The position numbers and the translations under genes were made by a program. A stretch of 62,836 nucleotides of DNA, counting the filler, from Asterionella formosa (lineage: Eukaryota), in NCBI GenBank assembly GCA_002256025.1. It is 24 parts of 24 records of this genome, joined end to end, with 100 filler letters (N's around TTAATTAATTAA, not from the genome) between each part and the next. Parts side by side here need not be neighbours in the genome. Positions count along the whole stretch, not along the records: positions 24,179 to 25,295 come from NKIB01004203.1; positions 25,396 to 26,514 come from NKIB01004204.1; positions 26,615 to 27,733 come from NKIB01004205.1; positions 27,834 to 28,952 come from NKIB01004206.1; positions 29,053 to 47,026 come from NKIB01004207.1; 19 more parts are not named here. One strand, 5' to 3'. The first letter of the stretch is position 1. Every line of letters starts with the position of its first letter. The notes under the pieces are model-generated. The model worked only from the letters and a program-made list of their open reading frames with translations, was not told the origin of the DNA and did no database searches. Positions 24,079-35,610 of this stretch are shown in pieces.

Positions 24079-24466
24079 NNNNNNNNNNNNNNNNNNNNNN
24101 NNNNNNNNNNNNNNNNNNNNNNTTAATTAATTAANNNNNNNNNNNNNNNNNNNNNNNNNNNNNNNNNNNNNNNNNNNNTCTAAGTAAATCTAGTCGTGGC
24201 TGTGTACATTTGGGGAGACCGAAGCACGGGATTTACGGTACAAGCTATTACTAGATATTTACCGGACAATCGTCCTCTAGAACGCCGTGAAGGTGATCGT
24301 CACTATAACTTCAACCGAAAATCACTATGGCTGGTTGCAACCTGAAGATCAATATAGTAGGATACGTAAGCCTCAGTATAGATTTTCTTTTGCATTTAAT
24401 AATTAAGAGTAAAAATTGTGTCGCATACAAAAATTGATGCAAATTTTTTGATATATATATACTATA

Positions 24467-25295
24467 CTGCCCTCCGCTCATTTCCCCTCAAAAGGTATGT
24501 AACATCGATCTGTTGTCGTCCTTCATGTTTGTTGATTTTGCTGCTTGCTTCTTGTTTGCTTCGTTGCTCTGTTGTTCGCTATGTTAGATCGTTGACATAG
24601 GTTGCCTTGCAGAACGTTGTGTCGAAATCGCGAGCACAGCGGTGTGTTTTGAATTGTTTGACAAGCTTCTCAACACTGATGGGGTCCGCTTCATGTGTTG
24701 TTGTGTTAACTTCGGCGTCCATCCTGTCATGTTGTTGTTCGTCCAGATCTTTCCAAATCTTGAAGTATGCACATATATATTGTCTTGCTCGCCTTGAAAA
24801 ATTTCTTATCCTTTTTGTTGTTAACACTTTTTCTGTTGACATGCTCTCTCACACCACAGACCTGAATTCTCTTTACCCTTTTCCTCTTCAGAGAAACCCG
24901 ACGGTAAAAATTTCTTGGCGCAACTCCAAGAATACTCGATTCTCTCTCCTGCAAGTTCACAGTGACATTTCTGCGTTCGGTCAACAAGTACTCCCATTTC
25001 CTTTCCCATTGACTGCAATAGTGTCTCCTCTTCCTCGAAATCAAAACAGTTTCCCTTCAGCGACTTCAAAGAAAAATCTTTCTGCATAAATCCAAATGCA
25101 TCGTGCTTTCCATTCAACATGTAGTTCTCCAATCTCAAGTCGTCAATAAATCCACGCTCCCTAAGTACCTGCAACAGACCGTTTGGTTTATTTTCCCATC
25201 CTTTGATATCTTTTGCTTTAGTCTCTTCAATTCTTGGTAAGTTGTGTTCTTGCGCCTTAGACTGTTTTACTTGCTTCTTACCCTTTGCTAACATT
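24467..25295 (-). mobile_element. IS630-Tc1-mariner-type DNA transposon, 3' part of a frameshifted transposase plus one terminus
   Basis: GLLQVLRERGFID...KCHCELAGERIEYSWSCAK (DDE third-acidic-residue region), frameshift, then RNFSRRARQYICAY...FKTHRCARDFD. Putative terminus TA|CTGCCCTCCG at 24465-24476. Confidence 0.75.
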
Positions 25296-25486
25296 NNNNN
25301 NNNNNNNNNNNNNNNNNNNNNNNNNNNNNNNNNNNNNNNTTAATTAATTAANNNNNNNNNNNNNNNNNNNNNNNNNNNNNNNNNNNNNNNNNNNNGCCAG
25401 TTAAATTCATAAAAGCAATATTATGATAACTACCGGGTAGGTATGCCAGAACATATGGTGTTCTGTTGCTCGCTTATTACTCCGAC

Positions 25487-25770
25487 TATTGGTTTTTAGT
25501 TTTACGATCATACAATCCTAGAGCTATGATGATTTACTGTCCCACGGTAGTAGCAACAGTCCTGAATATATGGTGTTCTATTGGTTTTTAGTTTTACGAT
25601 CATACGATCCTAAAATTATGATGATTTACTGTCCCGCTGCAATAGCAGCAGTCATAGACATTTCGTGTTCTATTGGTTTTTAGTTTTACGATCATACGAT
25701 CCTAAAACTATGATGATTTACTGTCCCACTGCAGTAGCAACAGTCCTGAACATATGGTGTTCTGTTGCTA
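25487..25770. repeat. Tandem array of three ~92-bp units
   Basis: tattggtttttagttttacgatcata starts at 25487, 25579 and 25671 (92-bp period). Confidence 0.9.
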
Positions 25771-26412
25771 GTTTACCGGTACTACTCCGACTACCCCCAG
25801 TATATCACTTACTACCTGCTACTGGTACCCTGTATGTATAAATGATACATTGTTATTGTCATATGATGTACCGGTACACATGAAGAGCTCCCGCCCAAAA
25901 AAGGGGCATTTGAACGGTCTAAATAATTAGTTTCAACGGACGTAGAAAATATCGATGCAAACAAATTTCAGAGATAATACCGGTACACGTAGTCGTGGAA
26001 AACAATGGACATATAGTGCATTGAGTATTTTCGAATTATGTATATGCAAGTATGGCCATCTCAACCATATCAGATGTTCCATATCGAGAGTGCCTTTGAA
26101 TTTTATAAAATGTATTACGCTATATATATATATATTTACAAATTTTATTACTATATTCATGGCATATATATTTTTCAAATCGTTCTGTCACGTTAACAAT
26201 CAATGCTTGCTGCTTCATGAAAAGATACGTCGTAGTAAAGGACATGACAAGCAAAGAAAGTTTACGCAATACATAACGAAAAACATTGTGACTTCGAAAC
26301 ATTGCGCCTTCGAAGGATGGAGAATGTTTAAGGTAATGAAGCCATCAATGTGGTACTTGGATGACAATCGTTGGGAGGCAGGCAGGACAACAACAAATTG
26401 TTAACTAAACGC
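25680..26412 (+). repeat. Interspersed repeat, near-identical to 53565-54329 (probable non-coding part of a transposon)
   Basis: Long, highly similar match between the two contigs with small indels (e.g. 25955..26404 and 53859..54272 pseudo-ORFs are near identical). Confidence 0.9.
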
Positions 26413-26614
26413 AGCCACATTTCCTTTTTTCTCAGTTGATTCAACAGCTCGTTTCGCTTGTTGGGGAGCACCAATGTAAAACAAAACAAAACCAAATTGC
26501 GTAAGTGCTCTTGTNNNNNNNNNNNNNNNNNNNNNNNNNNNNNNNNNNNNNNNNNNNNTTAATTAATTAANNNNNNNNNNNNNNNNNNNNNNNNNNNNNN
26601 NNNNNNNNNNNNNN

Positions 26615-27733
26615 GAAAATTCTAAATTCACCATGGAGCCAGTTTTGTTTTCTCTTGGGATTTTCCGTACAACTGTAAGGAACAAAGTCATTGCTTGGCG
26701 CCCCCTTGGTCTAATACCAAAACTTGATGGTCAGAGTCTTGCATTGAACAAAAATATGACTGCCGACGATAAGTGCAAGGATTATCACACAATTTTGGCA
26801 ATTATATTGTCGGGAGTTCAAGAGACTCAGAAATCTGGTGGCTTCAAGTATAATTTCAATTTCCATGGCAAACAGCATAGCCTGGTTGTAAAGGTACCGG
26901 TCGGGTTGGTGCTTGGCGATGCGGAAGGATTGGACAATCAGTGTGGGAGGATTAAATATTACCTGAAAACTTTTCGTCTCTGTCGGGAATGTGATTGTTC
27001 ATACGACAAATTAGATAAACCATCAATCAAATGCTCTCCAGTAGGGCAAGTGGGTTATGCTGCCCTATTAGGAATGAACGACAAAACACTAATGGATGCC
27101 GTGTCACAACGTTTTATTACACCTTGCTGGTATGCGCTGGATTTTGGTGGAGATCCATTGGGAATCAATGGCCATTGCCCTCCTGAAAAGTTGCACTCAA
27201 TACATGAGGGAATGATGCATTATCTCATTCTTCTGTTCTCGGTAAAGTTCGGCACTGTTACCTCTGCTCAGGGGTTGAAAAATAGAACCGCTTTTGATAC
27301 ATTATTCATAAAAGTGTCAAAGATGATGCAACATCAAAGCGATCGGGATATGCCAAGGTGCAATTTTCATGGTGGATTCCATGGATGTTTTCCAAAGATA
27401 ACAGGAAATGAAACCGTTGGAGTAATGCTTGTTGCTTGTTTGGTAATGGCTACAGACGCCGGAATCAAGCTTTGCAAGGATAAGGTTGGAATGTCAATGC
27501 AGGAAATAAAAGACATCCAAATAATTTTCGAGGGCATGGTTTGTTATAATTCCTGGTTCAGCCAAGAAAGTTATGACGTACATCGATTGATGGAAATTGA
27601 TTGTCAATCCATTGTCAAGTACTACACAAAATTAGTCAAGATTTTCCCAAGAGAAACGACAGAGCAAGGCTGGAAAATGACAAAGTTTCATCAGCAGATG
27701 CATACTGTCCGAAATATCGAACGGTTTGGCAGT
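26615..27733 (+). mobile_element. Plavaka/CACTA(EnSpm)-related transposase, internal fragment with open frame
   Basis: WRPLGLIP, YHTILAIIL, GLVLGDAEGLDNQCGR, CRECDC, PPEKLHSIHEG, and WKMTKFHQQMH...IERFGS (KxH motif region) match this superfamily's pattern. Confidence 0.75.
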
Positions 27734-27833
27734 NNNNNNNNNNNNNNNNNNNNNNNNNNNNNNNNNNNNNNNNNNNNTTAATTAATTAANNNNNNNNNNN
27801 NNNNNNNNNNNNNNNNNNNNNNNNNNNNNNNNN

Positions 27834-28952
27834 ACCTGGATAGTTTCGCAAAGAGCGCCTCGTGGGGCACCGTATCATATGCCTTCTTGAGGTCTACGAA
27901 TACCACGTAGGTCGGCTCTCCCACTATCCTCCGGCGTTGTATGATTTCCATGACACAGGCTACCTGGGTTACACATTCCTCTCTCTGGCGAAAGCCAGCC
28001 TGGGCTCGGCTAAACAGCCCTCGAGATTCCGCTTCCACATTTATCCTGGTACCAAGGATCACACACCCCACCTTGAGGACAGTGGCCATGAGCGAAATCC
28101 CCCGATAGTTGTTCATATCAGCCAAGTCCCCTTTCTTAGGTATTGAGACGACCAGTGACTCAGCCCACGACTGGGCCACCAGTCCCCTCTCATACGCAAA
28201 GTTGAGTAGGGTTCCTAGTGAGTCCGTCATTGGAGCGGATGGTGGCGGGGCGGGCTCCTCTTCCCGATAGTTTTGAAGGTGGGAAAGTAGGGCCCGTTCC
28301 TCCGCCAAACATGCCTGTAGCAGTTCAGTGGGTATCCCGTCACCGCCCGGAGCACGATGGCTCTTCATCTTCCTCAGGGCAGTCCAAATATCGGAGGTTG
28401 TGAAGGGTTCGTCCAGCGAACGGATCCCCTCATTTGCCTGTGGGTGCGGGTCAAATTTCTCCCAATATTGGGCCTCCTGGCTATGACCGGTTTCATCTGC
28501 TGCTAGAGAGGCATAGTGCGCTCCCCAGGCCTGATGAATATCAGTCAAAGCTGTCAGCAGGCGTCCGTCCGGGCCAAGGACCGGTTGGACACCTGCGATG
28601 CTGCTCTTCTGGCGCCATCCTGCAGTCGCTGAGGCCCACCGCCAATAGTGGCGAGGTTTCTCGCGCATATTGACGTGAGCCTCCCTAATTGCCTTATACC
28701 ATGCCCGCCTACCCGAGAGGCGGATCACCTTCCGCGCCCTCTCTTTGGCAGCCTTGTACATGTCCCCAAGCCGTGCTACATCTTCACGGGCTCCTCGCGA
28801 CTCCGCCCTCCGGGTTTCCCGGAAAATCCTCCTTCGGGTCTCAATCGCCCGACGTACCTGTCCTGTCACTCTTGGTGGGTTTTGTCCCGCCACCCGTTGG
28901 TGGAGGTTCAGGTCCTCTGCCACCTGGTGACATGTTGTAGTGAACTTCTTGG
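27834..28952 (-). mobile_element. Non-LTR retrotransposon (LINE) ORF, N-terminal part of reverse transcriptase; direct continuation of 3661-4780
   Basis: KSHRAPGGDGIP, SIPKKGD, NYRGISL, QAGFR and FVDLKKAYDTVPH RT motifs; 45-bp exact overlap (28908-28952 reverse complement = 4736-4780). Confidence 0.95.
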
Positions 28953-29441
28953 NNNNNNNNNNNNNNNNNNNNNNNNNNNNNNNNNNNNNNNNNNNNTTAA
29001 TTAATTAANNNNNNNNNNNNNNNNNNNNNNNNNNNNNNNNNNNNNNNNNNNNCTAGTGTTTCATATGTAAAAAAGAATCGCATTTTTGCAGCTAAATAAT
29101 GACATACCAGCGCCAACGAGGGCTACCTCCGGCATGGTACCAGGTACCCCTGACCATGAATCCAGCCTGTATACAGTCGTGCGTACATCCGCAGAACAAA
29201 TTGGCCACTGTTTTAGTCCATCTAGTCGTCCAAGTGGCTCACATACCGGTGTAAGCAAAGTACGTAGTAAGTACCGGTACCACTTCGCTCTGCTGGCTCG
29301 TCTGCAAACTAAAAGAATGCTCCTCAAAAATGAATCTTTCATGAATTGTTACATCATTTTGTCATCCAAAGTCAGGATTCCACATACATACACTCAAGAA
29401 GCGGCAGCATTCTGAAGGAATTACCGTATTTAGTCTATGAA

Positions 29442-30842
29442 ATGTCGAATTGCAACAAGAAGAAAGACTCCGAGTCGCTCTTGTACAAAAAGAGGAACGA
29501 GCGTTGGATTGGGGGCCCCGGGACCTTACTCTCACCATCTCTGGAGAGCTTCTTGAGCTGGTCCTTGGCGATTGGTTGTCTGACAATATCCGGATACCAT
29601 TACGTGGTAGCTACATTTATCAAACCTACTCTGTCTCGTTGGAAGCAGCTCTTGGTCTCCAATAGCGGCGAAGATGCTGCTCGGCACAAGTTGCCTTGCT
29701 GGCTTCCCTTGACGACCACGAGTCGCAATGAAGTCGATTCTATGACTGCCTTGCAAAGGTACCAGCAGTTTCTTCAATTTGTTCGAATCTCTACTAAGAA
29801 TCTAGAGGCTTGGACTGACCAAGAAATAGTGGATGTTGTGCGAAATAGTAGGGTTGCCCGGCATCTAGTCTCGCTTCTTAAGGAACAAATAGAAGATTCC
29901 TCCCTTCCACTCTGTCGACAACTCGCAGCGTGCTACCCTGAATTATTACGACTGCCTCCTCCTTCTTCTCCAGAAAATTTTGGATTCGAAGTGTCCATTA
30001 TCCTCCCAGCGTACCGGGAACGGGGAACAGATGTCCGGGCCAAGTTAATGAAAGCCTTGTCCTCATGTCAGTATCCAGCAAAAGTTCAAGTAATTGTCGT
30101 CGATGCTGGTGAATGCGTCGACTTGGATCAACATGTCAGTAGCATGACCGGCTGGGGATGTCTCCAAATTGTCAAGTTCAGTTCTGGTGGTGGTCGAGGG
30201 CCATGTCTTAACTTTGGTGCAGCTTGCGCCACTGGTCGGTTGTACACATTTTGTCATTCTGATACAACGTTGCCTGACAAGTGGGATGTTAAGATCGTAC
30301 GGGCCTTGGACGATGTCGTGGACGGCTGGCGAGCCAACTCATGTGCTTTTTCATTTGGTATTGATACTTCCCAAAATGGGTTGAACGGAGGACCGTTCCC
30401 ACCTGGAATTATTGCGATTGAAACGACGGCCAACATTCGGACGCACCTATACTCACTACCATACGGAGATCAAGTCTTATCAGTTCCAGCAGTCATATTT
30501 GATTATGTTGGGGGATTTCCTGATCAATGCTTAATGGAGGACTATGAACTTGTTTCTCTATTGCGGCGTCGCAGAGCGTTGTTAAGTAAGTTCGGGGTCA
30601 ATGAAAAGGAGCGCCTTGTTATCATCGGCGGGGCTCCAGCCTTGTGCAGTCCTCGGCGATGGCAAAAGTTTGGAGTTTTGTATGTCACCTTTATGAACAG
30701 TAAATTTGTGAATATGTATGCTGGAGGCATGACACCCGATGATTTGTTTGCTTTGTACTATGGACAACCTCCACCTCAGCGTGACAGCGCGGAAAGTCCG
30801 TGGGAGCTAGAGTTGGAAGAATTCGTGCTCGATCAAAAGTGA
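29442..30842 (+). CDS. Family-2 glycosyltransferase, TIGR04283-like subgroup, with N-terminal TM extension
   Basis: VSIILPAYRE, VIVVDAG, GRGPCLNFGA, FCHSDTTLP, LPYGDQ, GGFPDQCLMEDYELV and SPRRW motifs. Confidence 0.8.
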   Translation: MSNCNKKKDSESLLYKKRNERWIGGPGTLLSPSLESFLSWSLAIGCLTISGYHYVVATFIKPTLSRWKQLLVSNSGEDAARHKLPCWLPLTTTSRNEVDSMTALQRYQQFLQFVRISTKNLEAWTDQEIVDVVRNSRVARHLVSLLKEQIEDSSLPLCRQLAACYPELLRLPPPSSPENFGFEVSIILPAYRERGTDVRAKLMKALSSCQYPAKVQVIVVDAGECVDLDQHVSSMTGWGCLQIVKFSSGGGRGPCLNFGAACATGRLYTFCHSDTTLPDKWDVKIVRALDDVVDGWRANSCAFSFGIDTSQNGLNGGPFPPGIIAIETTANIRTHLYSLPYGDQVLSVPAVIFDYVGGFPDQCLMEDYELVSLLRRRRALLSKFGVNEKERLVIIGGAPALCSPRRWQKFGVLYVTFMNSKFVNMYAGGMTPDDLFALYYGQPPPQRDSAESPWELELEEFVLDQK

Positions 30843-31199
30843 ACAGCTTGTAGTAGTTTACATCTCTTATTGATTGTCATAGTGAAGTTTCAGTTAAACT
30901 TATATGGGATCATAAACCTATAATCAGCATCGCTTGCTCCTTCAAAACAAACAGGGGAATAAACTATGCCACCACCCGATAGTGAAATATTTATCGACCG
31001 ATGAGACCAAAACGCAGTAGCCCAAATAATTCATGCCAGTGGGCATGGTTTAGGTACGTTTGCTTTGTTCATAGGTATTCTATTTCGCCTACGACACTTA
31101 GATTTTCGTATGACTTGCCTCCGTGATGACTAATAAATGCGTTGCCAGCGAAAATAAAAGCGGCTCCAGCTCCTGATGCTTTGAAACTGAAGCCATCTG

Positions 31200-32171
31200 T
31201 TAGTCAAATGTGATCTTCGTACCCTGAAAAGCGACAATCCCAGTCTTTTCAGATGCTCGAGCCGCCCATGATGGATGAGCTTGTCCTTCCTCTTTCCATA
31301 CCTTGCCCATTTCGGCAATCCTTGGCGCCGAAGTTATTGAAGGTTTTGTTGACGTGGACTCAAGCAGCTCAGCAGCGTCGTCTACTTGCTCCTTCTTCGG
31401 TCGCCAATTAATCGATTTATCCCAAGTTCTTCCTTCCTTCTTGGCTTGCTTCGCCAATGCCTTCGCCCTTCGAGCTCTCTGGCCCATTCTATTTTGCTTT
31501 GAAGTCACCAAGTCATCATTGCCACCAGGGCCATACCAGTTTCCGTTGTCGTTTTCGCCTTCCTCCGTTTCTGCTGCGCCACCCAAAGTTACAAAGAGCG
31601 CACTTGACTCCCCGGGGTTGGGTTGCATTGCCTTCTTTTTCTTCTTTTTGGTTCCATTCCTACTTGCTGCTTGAACTTCATATCCAAAATCAGGTTCACC
31701 ATGAACATTTTCGTGTCGTCGCAGACACCATCGTCGGTATTCAGTAACCTTCTCGTTCCAGTGATCCATAGCGCTCGAGATGCGTTTGTGTTGAAGCATT
31801 CTCTCCACTAGATTTTTTTCTGCAGCAGAAATCTCTACTGGTGGCTGTAGTGTTTCTTCTTCTCTGGGGTTCAAGTTAAAGAGTCCCAATCTCTGCTGTG
31901 CTAGTTTAACCACTAGATCCAAGCAAAATCCCTTGACATGAATTAGCTTGTCCTCCAAGTCTTTCTTGTCTTGGCTGTCCTTCAATTTTCGAACAATCTT
32001 TTGGCATTCAAATGTCTTGACCACCTTGGCTTCCTTGTGCAGCGCTTTATTACACGCATAAAGCAGTTTGTCATAGCGATCTTGTTTTTCCGCTGCGAGT
32101 TGATCTTCGGGCCGGAGTCGTTTGCGCTTTTTGCTTTCGTTCTTGCTGCTGCCATTATTTGTAGGCGACAT
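31200..32171 (-). CDS. BUD22: BUD22/SRFBP1 family ribosome-biogenesis protein
   Basis: KQNRMGQRARR, HPSWAA and terminal FQGTKITFD signature. Confidence 0.88.
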   Translation of the reverse strand: MSPTNNGSSKNESKKRKRLRPEDQLAAEKQDRYDKLLYACNKALHKEAKVVKTFECQKIVRKLKDSQDKKDLEDKLIHVKGFCLDLVVKLAQQRLGLFNLNPREEETLQPPVEISAAEKNLVERMLQHKRISSAMDHWNEKVTEYRRWCLRRHENVHGEPDFGYEVQAASRNGTKKKKKKAMQPNPGESSALFVTLGGAAETEEGENDNGNWYGPGGNDDLVTSKQNRMGQRARRAKALAKQAKKEGRTWDKSINWRPKKEQVDDAAELLESTSTKPSITSAPRIAEMGKVWKEEGQAHPSWAARASEKTGIVAFQGTKITFD

Positions 32172-32973
32172 TTTGAGTCAGTAGGGATGATGCTTTCTCG
32201 ATGTGAGGAACAGAAAGGGCGAGAGCGAGGGCGACTATGTGTATGCTTGAGTTGCTTGGAAAGAATGGTAATGCAGAAGAAGAAATAAATATTTTTTGTA
32301 AAATAAAAAATACCTGGGAGCTGGATGATAATAATATATTTGATAATAACAACTTGCCTTGTACTGAAATATTACTTGTAACAATAGAATATATTGAGAT
32401 ATAAAATATGTATGACAAGTCGCTAAATATTGGTGGGTCGTATTTCCTCCTTGTTCTCACCATGACGATCACAAGAAAGTTGGGTGGCTGACGACTGCAA
32501 GAGTAGGAAGAGGCGGTTGGTAAAAAGCACAGACGACTGTAGTCCTGTCGTAATCGAATGAATCAAAATCACTTGAAACGGGTACGTCCTTCCCTGTGGC
32601 ATGTACAGTACGACTGGTACTCGTACCAGGTACGTGGTACCCTGGTACCAGTACCGGTACCCACGAGAACGTTGTCGTCATGTACGACATACAAAAACGC
32701 CAATTACATAGAGAAAGCAACGTACGGTGATACCCCTGGTACCTGGTACCGGAACCTATGAACCGGTATAGTATCCATTTTTAAAAAGCTATTTGATATT
32801 CTTTATAAAAGCGCGAATTCAAGGTGACGTGGTCCATACGGAAGAAATCAGACCTACAAAAGTGATAGTTCGGTTTTTGCCCCGCTTGCCCATCAGAAAA
32901 AGCAGATTTTCGGCGCATAATCCTCATCATTTTTTTTTGCCGGCGGTACTCCTGCTCCCCTCGAGAACAATTA

Positions 32974-34688
32974 ATGACAATGCTTTCACTTGCTTCTGAT
33001 CCTCTTGCTCTCTCCATTGGCGCAGCTATATTATTCGGAATATGGTTAGTGCTCAGACCCCGCAAAGGAGGCTCGAATGCTCCACCTTGTGTGCTCTCAA
33101 GTCCTGTCGTGCCAATCCCCTTGATTGGAATGGCACTCGAGTTTGGTAAATCTCCAGTGAAAATGATCACGAGATGCTTGAATCAATATGGTGCTGTATT
33201 TACTATTCCGGTAGGTTTATTTCTCAAGTATAGGGATGGTCATGGCTGTTTTTGACAAGGAAGGAAGCAAAGCAACACGTTGGAGGGAGTATTGTTTTGG
33301 TGTTTTGAACATGCCGACCAATGCTACGTTTCAAATATAGGCTGTTTTTGTCGTTTTCGGTCCGAAATAAGATGTTTTGGCTTACAACATGGTTCAAACT
33401 TCCAGTTTGTCGGTCCAAACCTCATGTGCAGGCGAGAAACAATTATTTCGCAAACTTGATACTAACCAACTGATGTCTGGCTTCTCTCCCAATGAATAGA
33501 TCGGCCCCAAGAGACTTACGTTCTTGATTGGCCCAGAAGCACAAGAGCTCTTTTTCAAGGCTTCCGATGATGTCCTTTCTCAGAACGAAGTCTACGATTT
33601 CATGAAGCCCGTCTTTGGACCTGACGTTGTTTACGATGCCTCCCGCAAGAACCGCCAAGTTCAGTTTCAAAGTATGGCCAACGGCCTTCGTGTTAGCCGT
33701 CTAAAGAGTTACGTTCCCAAGATTGAGCGAGAGACCCGCCAATTCCTGGCATCGTGGGGTGAGGAGGGTGAAGTGGATCTCTTGCATGCACTTTCCGAGC
33801 TCACAATCCTGACGGCGAGTCGCTGCTTGCACGGTGACGATGTTCGTGAGGAAATGTTCAAGGAAGTTTCGGACCTCTACCATGATCTTGATCAAGGGTT
33901 AACCCCTTTGACAGTGTTTTGGCCAAATGCACCTACGGCAGCGCATAAGAAACGAAACGAGGCTCGCGATCAGATGGTGGCCCTCTTCACCAAGGTCATC
34001 AAGGCTCGTCGTGCAAATCCAGGGAAGAAAACTGATGGAACTGACATTCTTTCTATCTTCATGGACTTGAAGTATAAGGATGGTACCAAGATTACAGAAC
34101 GGGAAGTCACAGGACTCCTGATTGCACTTTTGTTTGCTGGTCAACATACTTCCTGCATCTCGTCAACATGGACCTCCCTGTTTATTGCCAACGACCCTAC
34201 CATTGTGGATCGAATTATTGCGGAACAAAACAAGGTCATGAATGGGAAAGAGAGCATTGAATTTGACGATCTAAATGAAATGGGATTTCTTCATGATTGT
34301 ATGCGAGAAGCCTTGAGATTGTGCCCGCCTCTCATTATGCTGATCCGCAAGGCCATGACAGATTGCCAGGTGACTGTTGATAACAAAACTTACACTATTC
34401 CCAAGAATGACATGGTGTGTGTTGCTCCAAGTGTGGGCATGAGAATCGAAAGTGTTTTCCCTAAGCCTGATAAATTTGACCCTGATCGGTTTGGAGAAGG
34501 ACGTGAAGAGCACAAGATTCCATATGCTTACCTTGGATTTGGAGGAGGAATGCACTCGTGTATGGGCCAAAACTTTGCCTTTATGCAGGTAAAGACTATT
34601 TTGAGTATTTTGTTCCGTGAGTACCAGATTGAGCGAATCGCCCCAGAAATGCCCGAGATTAATTACGCTGCCATGGTTGTTGGACCAA
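32974..34688 (+). CDS. CYP51: Sterol 14-alpha-demethylase (CYP51); exons 32974-33210 and 33500->34688, 3' end in N gap
   Basis: MKPVFGPDVVYD, I-helix LLFAGQHTS, EALR, heme FGGGMHSCMG; N-terminal anchor; GT-AG intron 33211-33499. Confidence 0.95.
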
Positions 34689-35610
34689 NNNNNNNNNNNN
34701 NNNNNNNNNNNNNNNNNNNNNNNNNNNNNNNNNNNNNNNNNNNNNNNNNNNNNNNNNNNNNNNNNNNNNNNNNNNNNNNNNNNNNNNNNNNNNNNNNNNN
34801 NNNNNNNNNNNNNNNNNNNNNNNNNNNNNNNNNNNNNNNNNNNNNNNNNNNNNNNNNNNNNNNNNNNNNNNNNNNNNNNNNNNNNNNNNNNNNNNNNNNN
34901 NNNNNNNNNNNNNNNNNNNNNNNNNNNNNNNNNNNNNNNNNNNNNNNNNNNNNNNNNNNNNNNNNNNNNNNNNNNNNNNNNNNNNNNNNNNNNNNNNNNN
35001 NNNNNNNNNNNNNNNNNNNNNNNNNNNNNNNNNNNNNNNNNNNNNNNNNNNNNNNNNNNNNNNNNNNNNNNNNNNNNNNNNNNNNNNNNNNNNNNNNNNN
35101 NNNNNNNNNNNNNNNNNNNNNNNNNNNNNNNNNNNNNNNNNNNNNNNNNNNNNNNNNNNNNNNNNNNNNNNNNNNNNNNNNNNNNNNNNNNNNNNNNNNN
35201 NNNNNNNNNNNNNNNNNNNNNNNNNNNNNNNNNNNNNNNNNNNNNNNNNNNNNNNNNNNNNNNNNNNNNNNNNNNNNNNNNNNNNNNNNNNNNNNNNNNN
35301 NNNNNNNNNNNNNNNNNNNNNNNNNNNNNNNNNNNNNNNNNNNNNNNNNNNNNNNNNNNNNNNNNNNNNNNNNNNNNNNNNNNNNNNNNNNNNNNNNNNN
35401 NNNNNNNNNNNNNNNNNNNNNNNNNNNNNNNNNNNNNNNNNNNNNNNNNNNNNNNNNNNNNNNNNNNNNNNNNNNNNNNNNNNNNNNNNNNNNNNNNNNN
35501 NNNNNNNNNNNNNNNNNNNNNNNNNNNNNNNNNNNNNNNNNNNNNNNNNNNNNNNNNNNNNNNNNNNNNNNNNNNNNNNNNNNNNNNNNNNNNNNNNNNN
35601 NNNNNNNNNN

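Noticed and set aside
25487..25770. CRISPR array
   Set aside because: Whole 92-bp units are repeated with no unique spacers, no cas genes, and the context is eukaryotic.
25955..26404. 149-aa ORF conserved in a second copy (53859-54272)
   Set aside because: Conservation reflects recent DNA duplication; it spans a (TA)n run and lacks protein-like composition.
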